NCBI GenBank assembly: GCA_977018835.1
Contig: OZ361256.1
Span: 1,426,001-1,490,000 of the forward strand
DNA from: Minutocellus sp. GHC0000111
Lineage: Eukaryota
DNA length: 64,000 nucleotides
Direction: 5' to 3'
This document shows, one piece after another, positions 34,705 through 45,800 of the stretch. The notes under the pieces are model-generated. The model searched no databases, was not told where the DNA came from, and saw only the letters and a list, made by a program, of their open reading frames with translations. Each line of letters starts with the position of its first letter. Position 1 is the first letter of the stretch. The position numbers were made by a program, and so were the translations under genes.

Positions 34705-36398
34705 CTTGCTGACAAAGGATGACGATAGATCGGCATACCGACGAAATCAAGAGTGTTCTTTATGCTTTAGTTCCATTGTGCATGCACATAAGAAGTTATT
34801 TTTTCGTAGATGGTGTGTGCTTGTCTACTCTATGAGGCTTAGCGGCTAAATCACCTGCGGTAATTTCATAGGGGCTACCGCCGATCCCGACCTTTCTCTC
34901 AGGTATTAGTAACGTCTAGAAATAGCCAAGGGAGTCATTTTAGTACAGCTACTACCCATAGAATTCCACTAGATGTGTATCCTAGTGCGGTGCAATGCGA
35001 ATGTTGATAAGTTTGCAAATACTTGTTGATTTATAGTCCCTGACCCTTCGTGAAGGTCGACGACCACCGAGATTTGCGAAAAAAACGTCGATTTTTCACA
35101 TCGATTTGCCTTTACAACTTTCCACACCGGTACAAAGGACCTTTCATTAGCATATCTCCCAATCAGGTATACCAAGGACCGTCGTTTGATACCCTTTCCA
35201 TGCTGTAGTTGTCATTCATTGTCATTCAGTATCAACATTAGAACTTGGAATCAGAACTCCGCGAGGTCTGGCGTTGACCTCCACGAAACATTCAAATACT
35301 CATGAAATCGTCAATCTTTGCAGCAACCCCGCAAAACTTTCCATCAATGAGCCACCCCATACCATATGTAGATGGGAATAAGGTACTGATGAGGTGAACG
35401 GACGTGCATGAACCCAAACTATTGTCACATTGACATTTTGACATTCGAAACTACGGAAACTTTCCCCCCAAAAATGTCAACATGACATAGTTTGGCCGAA
35501 CTATCGACCCAATTGCCAGAAAAATGCTATAGGACCTCAGTTTGGGTACATGCCGTCCGAACGGAAGCCTCGCTATCGTCGATTTGGCGTAGATAGGTAT
35601 ACCTGTTGAGAAAGTGGTATCGCGGTGGAGAAGTTGAGGAGAATCTGAAAGTTCTGGTTTTACCTCTCATCGTGTGAGAATGCAATGGGTTCCAAACACA
35701 AACTCAACAATCAACACAAACACTTCCACTCTTTAGTACATACCTTGGCAGGATTGAACAAAATTCAGCTCCTTGCTAACCAATTTCAAGAACTATTGTA
35801 CGTCATCTGATTTTGGCTCCTGTCCCAACACCAGAAAATTTCGTAGGAATCCACAAAGCCCCAACGAAATGATCCACTTGCTGACAACCAAACCGCAGAA
35901 GAAGCACATTGATCGCTCCATTAAAGGCATGGTAGCGAAATATCAAAAGTTGTATAGACATTCTAAGCGGATTTTTTCGAGCAAAAGGACCACATCGGCA
36001 TTGAGGATCGTTTTTGCGACGAAGTCGAATTCTCGATTTTTGGGAGGATGGCGGCGTTTCGCGACTGTTGCAAATGCGAACTGAAAAACACTGCCACACC
36101 GTCGCCCCGCACTTCCATCAAACTGTCCCGTCAAATCGTCAAAGGTGTGCAATCTCCCATTTACTTGGCTGCGTCGTTACTTTTCTCTACGATTATACCC
36201 GTCGTGGAGGTCGAGGTCGGCCTGTGACAAGTGCTGAAAGTCGAATTTTGTCAGTTCAAGGTGTGAGAGGCCCAGAATAAAGGCTCAAAAGCCAAGATAC
36301 ATATATAGAGGAGAGATACTGCGGTGGAAATGGTGGCTGCACATCATCTTGGTGGTCTTCTGAAGATGGATTGTGGAAGACGGTGGAATTTTGGCACA
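34705..36398 (+). repeat. Long non-coding repeat arm (copy A) ending in GGCACA|GTC
   Basis: Collinear with 40485-42372 (direct) and 39135-40483 (inverted). It may extend further left. Confidence 0.88.
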
Positions 36399-36414
36399 GT
36401 CAGCTCGGTTAGTT

Positions 36415-39035
36415 CACAGCCCCATCTCGTCTTGTTTCGCCTGTCGGATGAAGCGTTTTTCGGCAGAAGACGAACACGTCAAGAAGAAACCCACCAAAAC
36501 CCAATCTCGTTCGTCACCCATTCTTTGACCGTCCAACACCATGGTGGTCCGTCGGCGTTGCGCCGGCGTATAACTATATTTTCGTACCAAATACGCATTC
36601 ATTATCATGTTTGGATATAGTTGAAGCTTACTGTATCCTCAGATTGGCCTCCGCTGCGCATCAACGCCACGAACCATCGGCCTACTTTTCCTCCATCTGT
36701 CGGCCGTTCGTTTCTCTGGCTGGGGTGGTGCCATTGCTCCGTCTTTGTGCTCGTCGTGCTCCCGTTGTGATGCCCCAGACCCTCTGGTACTTTCCCACGT
36801 TGTTGTTGATGACAAACTGCCGGGATTGCGCCGCACCCCCCGTATGACTGACTCTCGCTGATCCCGACCGATCGCATCCCCACTCGACCTCCCGGAATTC
36901 CGACAACAACTTTGCGCCCGAGGAGAGACAGATTGTATTGGGATAAGTTTATGCAACAATCAACCCGACAAAGGGACTTTTTGGTCTGGGAGATAAATGG
37001 GTGAGTTAAGAAGGACGTGATGTGTTTGTTTGGGTGTACTATTTACTTTTTTGCTCATTCGCGATGCTGTTTGTAAATGTTGGACTGTGCAATTCATTTT
37101 TTGTTGTTGTGTAGTAGCAGTGTAATTTCATTTTCTAATTTTATACATGCCCTGCTCCCATCTCTACATCCTCATCTCCATCGGTGGCCATCATGATCAT
37201 TTGTTGGCGCTTGTCATCAGTTTCTGCTTTAACAGCTTCGGTCCTTGTCCTTTTCCTTGTTCTTGCCACCCGAGAGTTTCGCTCCCGCCTCTCCTCGACC
37301 TTTGGATTGGATGCCCTCTCCTCAGCCTTGAACTGCGCCGTCTGTTGGGCCTCATGTCCCTTGACGCCCTGAGTCCGACGATCTTCCTTAACGCCCTCTT
37401 GGTGGGCTCGCTCTACAAACGATTCGTCGAGCCAACAGATGCCGCCCCATCCATTCTTCACTAGCCAAATGTGTTGGTCCAAGATGTGATCTTCGAGTAA
37501 GTGCCACTTGGGCGTTGTGCTAATGCCGATTGCCCGTGCTTGCTTGAGGGCACTTGCAATCAATGCTTCAAGCTCTCTCACAGCCTTCTTTGCCTCATCA
37601 TCCCATTTCATGTGCCATTTCAGAAACCTGGAACACATTGCGTCAAGAGTGTGGAGCACATTAGAGCAAGCTTTGCAGAGCTCTTTGATGTCGTCATCCG
37701 TCATGCCATCTTCCTCGCGATTGTGCTCTAGGAGAGTTCCTTTGGTGGAGGTGTTATGGTGGATGAACTCTATTGTCCTTGGTTTCTTCTTGTTGTTGCC
37801 ATCAGAAACATTAATGGACAAAGCTCTCCAGCATTCTGCCAGCACTGCCCTTATTTTTCCTGAGTCGGCCGCCTCAATGCCGGCCTTTTTCAGGAAATGG
37901 AAGTGAGGGGCATCGTCATCCTCGGCATCATCGACAGCTCCCATCTCTGGCTCGCCATCACCGTGCTTCTGACGATTCTTCTCAAAGCACTGCTGCATGC
38001 ATGCTTCATGTGTAGCGTCCTCTCTTGCAATGTCAGCTTCGTCCTCACAACAGGGCACATAGTCCTCGTCTTCGTCGTCATCGTCCTCACTGATCTCGCC
38101 GGCCTCCGTCGTGGTCAGGGTGCCCACCGTCCCAACATCGTCGTCATTGTCCCACCCATCGTCCTGGCCATTGCACCCACCAGGGAACTTCTGGGCCTCG
38201 AGCAACATCTGCCTGTTGATTTCGTAGTCCATCGCCGCATGTCCCACCGATGCATGTGGTGCGACCGACTTGAGGAATGCATTACATGCCTTCGTCAAAT
38301 TGAGCCGCGGCGGCGGTGTTTCGAGGCGAAATTGATTGTTGCTCGACCGTGACCATGTCGAAAGCCATCCATCCATCATCATGGAGAGAGCGTCGGCTGC
38401 ACGAGGATTGATAGAACCGAGGCGAACAAACATGCTCTTTTTGTATGGGGTTCGCTGAACGTCGTCGGCAAGGCAGTGTCTTGATACCATTTCATCCCAT
38501 CCATTCTGGTTGTCTGTCCTCACAAAAAACACATCGCAGTCTTCGTGTTTCTTCTTCTTCAAACCCAAGATGCCCGCAGTGCACGTGACGGCGCCGCACA
38601 TGATGGGACTGCATCCCAACACATTCATCAAGGAGTCGTTGTTGTTGCCGATGAAATTGTAGTAATGAAGTTCCTTTCTGCGAAGACGGACGAGTGGTTC
38701 AGCCAGGGCGTCCTGCACCGCGCAATTGCTCTGTCTGCGGTGTTGACCGCGGGATTGCGGCTGGCTGTTATTTTTTTTGCTCATGGAGAATTATGGATCG
38801 AGACCAACGGGAATATCACCAGGATGTCGGGAGTACCTGGTTGGTCTCGTGCCGTAATTCTCCCACACCAGCGCGAGACATCGCCTTCGTTCTGCACGCA
38901 GCGGCGGCAATTTGAATTTTTGCCGCGCCATGGTGGCTCGCGTTGGGCGCGCCGGTCGGTTGCTTCGCGCGCCGGCCGGCCACCGAAAGTGCGACCAAAA
39001 GTATGCGAGTCATCCGGCTGGCAGATGGTGCTGTG
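36415..39035 (-). mobile_element. Chapaev-type (CMC superfamily) DNA transposon, internally deleted
   Basis: Imperfect TIRs CACAGCCCCATCT (36415) and AGATGGTGCTGTG (ending 39035). 4-bp TSD AGTT at 36411-36414 and 39036-39039. Transposase ORF inside. Confidence 0.85.
37141..38784 (-). CDS. Chapaev/Transib-like transposase remnant (N-terminus fused to the C-terminal catalytic-Glu region)
   Basis: TTPKWHLLEDHILDQ...GGICWLDESFVERAHQ matches the CMC transposase C-terminal 'TPKxHxLxxH...G...E...E..H' motif. No core DD region is apparent. Confidence 0.75.
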   Translation of the reverse strand: MSKKNNSQPQSRGQHRRQSNCAVQDALAEPLVRLRRKELHYYNFIGNNNDSLMNVLGCSPIMCGAVTCTAGILGLKKKKHEDCDVFFVRTDNQNGWDEMVSRHCLADDVQRTPYKKSMFVRLGSINPRAADALSMMMDGWLSTWSRSSNNQFRLETPPPRLNLTKACNAFLKSVAPHASVGHAAMDYEINRQMLLEAQKFPGGCNGQDDGWDNDDDVGTVGTLTTTEAGEISEDDDDEDEDYVPCCEDEADIAREDATHEACMQQCFEKNRQKHGDGEPEMGAVDDAEDDDAPHFHFLKKAGIEAADSGKIRAVLAECWRALSINVSDGNNKKKPRTIEFIHHNTSTKGTLLEHNREEDGMTDDDIKELCKACSNVLHTLDAMCSRFLKWHMKWDDEAKKAVRELEALIASALKQARAIGISTTPKWHLLEDHILDQHIWLVKNGWGGICWLDESFVERAHQEGVKEDRRTQGVKGHEAQQTAQFKAEERASNPKVEERRERNSRVARTRKRTRTEAVKAETDDKRQQMIMMATDGDEDVEMGAGHV

Positions 39036-39134
39036 AGTTAGTTCGCTCAGCCCAAACCGGTCTGGCCGTCACGAAGCATTGCTTTGCGCGATGCGCCAGA
39101 TCTTTCAATCTGGCGAGTGTACTTTTATTTTGTC

Positions 39135-42100
39135 TGTGCCAAAATTCCACCCAACCACCGGCGACCACATTCCATGCCCCAGACGACCACCAAGATTGTA
39201 TGCAACTACCATGTCCGCCTCAGCAAGTCTTCTCTGTGTACGTGCCTTGGCCAGTGAGTCGTCATTCTGAGCCTCTCACTCCTGAAACTGACGAGAATCG
39301 ACTTTCAGCACTTGTCATCGCCCGACCTCGACCTCCACGACGGGTATAATCGAAGAGAAAAGTAACGATGACAACGACTTGATCAGAGATTGTCAACATT
39401 TGCTGGTTTGGCAGGCTGGATAAATGTAACTATGGGGCGGGGGCATGGCAGTGTTACTGAGTTCGTGCGCATAAGAGTCGCAAAATACCGACGTCGTCCG
39501 AAAAGTCAAGAATCAGATTCCATCACAAAACGGTCCTCAATGTCGACATGGCCTTATTGCTCCAAAATATCCGCTTAGAGTTACTATACAACTTTTGATA
39601 TTTCGCTCCCACGTTACTACTAGAGCGATCAATGTGCTTCTTCTGCAGATTGGGTGCGAGTAAGCGGGTCTTTCTGTTGGTGCTTTGAAGATTTCACGTA
39701 AATTTTCCGGTATTGGGACAGGCGCCAAAATCAGATGAGGTACAATAGTTCTTGAAATTCAAGGGTGAGACGCAGATTCTCGTTCAATCCTGCCAAGGTA
39801 TGTACTAAAGAATGGAATTGCATGTGTTGATTGAAGAGTTTGTATTAGCAACACATTGCATTCTCACACAATGACAAGTAAAACCAAACTTCCAGATTCT
39901 ACTCAACTTCTCCACCACTTTACCACTTCCTCTATAGGTATACCTATCTACGTCAAATTGACGATAGCGACGCCTCCACTCGGGCGGTATATACCCATTC
40001 TGAGGTATGATAGCATTTTTCTGGCGATTGGGTGGACAGTTTTGCCAAATTATGTTGTGTTACTATTTTTGGAGGGTGCGGTTCTTCCTTCTGGAAGGTC
40101 AAAATTATCGACGTGGCGATAGTTTGGGTTCATGCGCATCAAGTCACCGCACCAGTACCTTATTTCCGCCTACATATAATATGATGAGGCTCATTGATGG
40201 AAAGTTATGCGGGGTTGCTGCACAGATAGGTGGTTTTGTGAATATCGCAATGTTTCGTGGAGGTTGACGCCAGAACTCGCGGTGTGCGTAATCCATATCC
40301 CATTGTTGATAACGAAGGATAAGGAATCACAACCACTGCATTAAAAGGGCATCAAACGGTAGCTCTTGATGTATCCGAGTGGTATCTATGCTCACGGAAG
40401 GTCCTTTGTGCCGTTGTGGTAAGTTATAGAGGCGTAACGATACGAAAATCGGATCGTTTCATCGTGAATCTCGGCGGTCTTCAATGGATGGCAGAGGATG
40501 ATGAGAGATCGGCATGGCCGACGCAACCAAGAGTGTTCTATTTGTTTTAGTCCTATTATATATGTTCATAAGAAGTTCCTTTTACATAGATGGTGCACAC
40601 TCGTTCACTCTGTGAAGCAGAGTAGCCGCAATCGTCTGTAGTAGCTACAACGGAGCTTCCGCCGGCCCAGACCTTACTCTCAGATAGTAGTAACGTCTAG
40701 GAATAGCCAAGTGAGTCATTCTACTACAGCTACTACCCATGAAATTCCGCTAGATATGTACCGTGAGGCGAGACTATGAGAGTGTTCTTGAGTTCGTGAT
40801 TATTTGTTGAGTTATAAGCCCTGACTCTTCGTGGAGGTCGACGACCATCGAGATTTACGGTAAAATCGTCAAATTTTTGAATCGATTTGCCTCCATTACT
40901 TTCTACACCAACACAAAGGACCTTTCATGAGTATAGAGATCACTCGGATACACCAAGAGCTACCGTTTGATGCCCTTTCAATGCAGTGGTTGTTATTCAT
41001 TGTCATTCAGTACCAGTATTGGTATTTCGAATCAGCACCCCGCGAAATATGGCGTTGACCTCCACGAAACATTCAGATACTCGTAGAACCACATATCTTT
41101 GCAGCAACCCTGCGAAACTTTCCATCACTGGGCCATCTCATATCATATCTGGACAGGGATGATGTACTGATGAGGTGACCGGACGCTCATGAACCCAAAC
41201 TATCGTCGTGTTGGTAATTTTGACCTTCCAGAACGACAAAAGTTACCCCCCAAAAATAAATGACAACATGACATAGTTTGGCCGAACTATCGACCCAATT
41301 GCCAGAAAAATGCTATAGGACCTCAGCGTAAGTACATACCGTCCGAGTGGAGGCGTCGCTATCGTCAATTTGACGTAGATAGGTATACCTGTTGAGAAAG
41401 TGGTATCTCGGTGGAGAAGTTGAGGAGAATCTGAAAGTTCTGGTTGTACCTCTCATCGTGTGAGAATGCAATGGGTTGCCAACACCACCAGTATGATCCA
41501 CACATGCTCGTCCACTCTTTAGTACATACCTTGGCAGGATTGAACAAGATTCAGCTCCTTGCTAACCAATTTCAAGAACTATTGTACGTCATCTGATTTT
41601 GGCGCCTGTCCCAATACCGGAAAATTTACGTCAAATCCACAAAGCTCGCACAAAGTGGTCCGCTTGCTGACACCCAACATGCAGAAAAAGCATATCGATC
41701 GCTCCAGTAGGGTCATTTGAGGGAAATATCAAAAGTTGTATAGTAACTTCAAGCGGATTTTTCCGAACAATAACGTCATATCAATGTTGAGGACCGTTTT
41801 TGCGACGGAATCTTGTTCTTGATTATTGAGAGGGCACGGGCGTTTCGCGACCCTTGTCCGTACGAACTCAATCACACCACCACGCCATTGACCGACACTA
41901 CTATCGGAGCGATGTTTGATCTCGTCAAATGTGGAAAATCTCTCATCAAGTCGTTGTCATCATTACTTTTCTCTCCGATTGTATCCGTCGTGGAGGTCAA
42001 GGTCGGTTGATGGCGTGTGCCGAAAGTCGATTTTCGTCAGTTTCAGGAATGCGAGGTTATGAATAAAGCCTCAAGAGCCAATATATCTATGCAGAGAAGA

Positions 42101-42372
42101 GATACTGAGGCGGGCATGGTGGAAAATCTCTCATCAAGTCGTTATCATCGTATTTTTCTCTCCGATTGTAGCCGCCGTGGAGATCGTTGTCGGTCAATGA
42201 CATGCATGTGCCGAAAGTCGATTTTCGTGAGTTTCAGGATTGGGAGGATTACAGTAAAGCCTCAAAAGCCAGGATACATATGTAGAGAAGAGATACCAAG
42301 GTGGGTGTGGTGGTTGCACATCATCTTGGTGGTCGTCGGGGACACATCATGTGGCATGGAAGAAATGGCACA
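39135..42372. mobile_element. Non-autonomous foldback-like element with long diverged inverted arms
   Basis: Begins TGTGCC and ends GGCACA, flanked by GTC on both sides (39132-39134 and 42373-42375). The left arm (39135-40483) is the reverse complement of most of the right arm (40485-42372). Confidence 0.7.
41933..42310. repeat. ~188-bp diverged tandem duplication inside the right arm
   Basis: ggaaaatctctcatcaagtcgtt...gtgccgaaagtcgattttcgt...gagaagagatac starts at 41933 and again at 42121. Confidence 0.9.
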
Positions 42373-42876
42373 GTCTGAAAAGTTGCAAGCCAACCCAGCC
42401 TGCGGGCAGAGCGTGGCGAGGTTGGCTTTTGCAATCTCGTACTGGACTTGTTCGACTGGATGGCGCGATGCGACCTTTGGTCCGCGGGCATGAATCGCCA
42501 ACAGCTCGCAAGACGTAGGCCTACCTAGGCCTAGGTACCTAGGCCTAGGTAACAAGCAACGGCCTCTGGCGTCTGACCTCGTGCTTCGCTCATGGCATTG
42601 CTTTGCTGGCGTATCTTGCTCGGCCAACTCCGCTTGCGTTGTTCTCTTACTTACTTGACCAAAGAGGGAAGATTCAATCGCAAAGAGAGATAGAGAGGCA
42701 AAGGCTGACTGATAACTTTCACCTTGTCCTCTTTGTCTGTCTGGTTTTCGGCGGTATCTTTTGATAAATAAGTGGTGCAAGGCGGAATCAAAACAAGTGC
42801 AATTTCCATCGTTTTTTTTCAGCATTATTTCGTCGAACCGAACTGGCGAAGTGGGTCTGTAAAACCAAGTGCAATA

Positions 42877-45800
42877 ATGGACCGGCACGAGGACGGCCAC
42901 ATGGCCACGGCCGCTGGCGGCGGTACGAACGTGTGGGTCCGTCATAGTCTGCTCATCGCCGCTTTGTCTCAATCGTCTGCTGCCGGCGGTGGTGCAAATA
43001 AATCGAGACTCCCACCGAACAACAGCTCAAGCACAAACCATGCGTCGGCGGTGGTTACCGGCCTACTCTCAGCCGCTGCTGGAGGCAATAAATTTTCAAA
43101 ACACAGAGATGAGGATCAGGCCAGTGATTTTACATCCCTGACGGCCAACTCGTCCATGGCTTCGGGAGTGAATTCCAGCGTTGGTTCAACCGTCGGTGTC
43201 GGAGGGAGCACAAAGCACATGTGGGGCTGGGTCAAGGCCAAGGCCCGGGCCGATGCAAATGCAGATTCAGATTCTGGCCCCGACGGCGTGATGGTGACTG
43301 TAATTGACGCCGATCATCCTGACCTCGACGGACGAAACATTCACATTCCGTCCAAATTATTGCAGCAGCAACAACAGGCCGACGGAAAGAAGAATAACAG
43401 CGTTAGCGGTAGTAGCAACAACAGCCAAATTTATGGGCCCGACCTCGTCATGGCCAATGCGTGGGCCAGCTTCGGATCACCATCAGCCGGCGTCGGACCA
43501 TCGTCTCGCGGTGGAAGGTCGAATTCTGGCGGCGAGCAGCTGTCGGGCGCTGCCATGGAGGTACCGCCGGCCGACCTCATCCAGGTGAGTTAGTTATGCA
43601 TATATATGAGCGGATCAGAGGGATAAATAATTGAATGAATGCAAATCTTCGTGCATGGATGGATGGGTGGGTGAAAAGGCCCTTCTATCGTCTTATAATT
43701 GAATGGTTGTGTGTTCCTGAATGCATCTTATAGTATCTTACATGCCCTCCTTTTCTTCTCTTCTCTTTTCTTCCAACCATTGTATCTTTTGCCATTCAAA
43801 TTTTTTCCGAACTGCAGCTCACGCATCTGCACGAGCCTGCCGTGGTGTACTGCCTACGCTACAGATATACCCTCGACGAGATTTATACCGCCACGGGTCC
43901 CATACTTTTGGCTTTGAATCCCTTCAAGGATTGCAGCAAGAAGAGCACGCACGGCAAGGGCGGTTTGTATGGGGAGGAAATGATGAGAATGTACTGGGAG
44001 CGTGGTGAAGGAATGGATTCGGGTGCAAATGGTTCGAATAAGGGTCGAAAGAAGGCCCAGGATGCAAATACAGCTGCGGTGGCCGGTGATGATCTCCCCC
44101 CACTTCCGCCGCATGTCTATGCCGTGGCCGATGCCGCCTACAGGGCCATGATCCGCAACTTGGACGATCGGAGGGGTATGGCCGGTAAGAGTGGTGGTGC
44201 AAAGGCAGCAGCCGCAGTCGGAGACGAATCGCCCAACCAATCCATCCTTGTCAGCGGCGAGTCCGGAGCCGGCAAGACCGTTACGGCAAAATTCTTAATG
44301 CAGTATCTGGCCGCGCTTAGCCAACGCCGGGTCGGTAAGATGAAGGAATGGGTCGAGGAGGAAAAGGAGAATGCCGTCTATGCCCGGAGTAGCAGCGTGG
44401 GCGTCGGTGCATTGAGTTCGGCACCGCCGGCACCGTCCGTTTCTTCTAGTGGTGGCAATCGTGGTGGAGGAAACAGTAATGGGAGGAGTGACGGCAGATA
44501 TAAGCCTCGCATGAGTCACTTTGGCACGGCCGTTGATACCGCCACGGCCAATGCGTACCGATCGGCCCACCCATGCACGTCGCCGGTCAGGTCCCCCATC
44601 CGGTCCAGTTACGGACACGTCATGCCCACTTCCCCGACGGGCCACGAGGGTGGTAGCGGTAGTGCCAAGAAGACGTTTAGTTCCAGCATTGAACAGCAAG
44701 TGCTAGAGTCCAACCCGATATTGGAAAGCTTTGGCAACGCCCGAACGATTCGGAATGGTGAGTGTTGCATTTTATCATCGTTTATCTGATTTATACGATA
44801 AATTTTTATATATATGTTGATATCTCGTAATACCTTCGGATCCAATCTCTATAACCTTTCCACTCAATTTCCTGCCCCAACGACAGACAACTCCTCCCGC
44901 TTTGGCAAGTTTATCAAAATCAACTTTTGTGATGCCGGTACTCTCATCGGTGCCAGCATCGAAACCTACCTCCTGGAGAAGGTCCGTCTCATATCCCACG
45001 CCGACGGCGAGCGCAACTACCACATCTTCTATGAGCTGCTAGCCGGTGCTTCGTCTTCCGACCAGAAGAAGCTTATGATTGACTACGCCTCCCCGGAGGA
45101 CTTTGTGATGACCCGTTCCCCGTCCGGTACCTACCATCGACGAGATGGCGTGCATGACGAGCACACCTACCGAGAACTCAAGACGGCTATGAATGTGATG
45201 GGCTTTGACTCCGAGGAGCAGCTGGATATTTTCGAGATTGTATCGGCATTGCTGCATCTATCCAACCTGACGTTTGTGGAGCGTGGTCATGACGAATGTC
45301 TGCTCAATGAAGAAAACTACTCGTTGGAGGCGGCTCTGGAATTATGTGGTGTGACGCTGGATGCCTTGGAGGCGGCCCTTTGTTCGGTGGTCATCGAGGC
45401 CGGTGGTGAGCGACTCATCAAGACCCTTGGCATGGCCCAATGCACCAAGGCACTGGAGGCTCTGATCAAGGCCACTTATGGCGCGCTCTTTGAGTATCTG
45501 GTGCGGAGAGTCAATGGATGCATCGCCACTGGAGTCGAAAAGACAGATGTGAGCGGCGCTGACATGCAATCGCCGGATTCCATCGGCGGTGCATCTCTCG
45601 CTGAGACTGCTGCATTCATCGCGGTACTGGATATCTTTGGCTTTGAATCGTTTGAGTCCAACAGCTTCGAGAAGCTTTGCATCAACTACACGAACGAGTC
45701 GCTCCAGCAACAGTTCAATCGGTTCGTTTTCAAGCTGGAGCAGGCAGAATACGAGCGGGAGGGTATCTCGTGGAAGTTCATTGAGTTTCCGGACAATCAG

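Noticed and set aside
34890..34985. Protein-coding origin of the long repeat arms
   Set aside because: Mismatches between copies in this sampled stretch fall in all three codon positions, and stops are frequent.
34705..40483. Arms A and B as giant TIRs of the transposase between them
   Set aside because: The transposase has its own short TIRs and AGTT TSD. The arms' defined termini face inward, and arm B pairs better with arm C.
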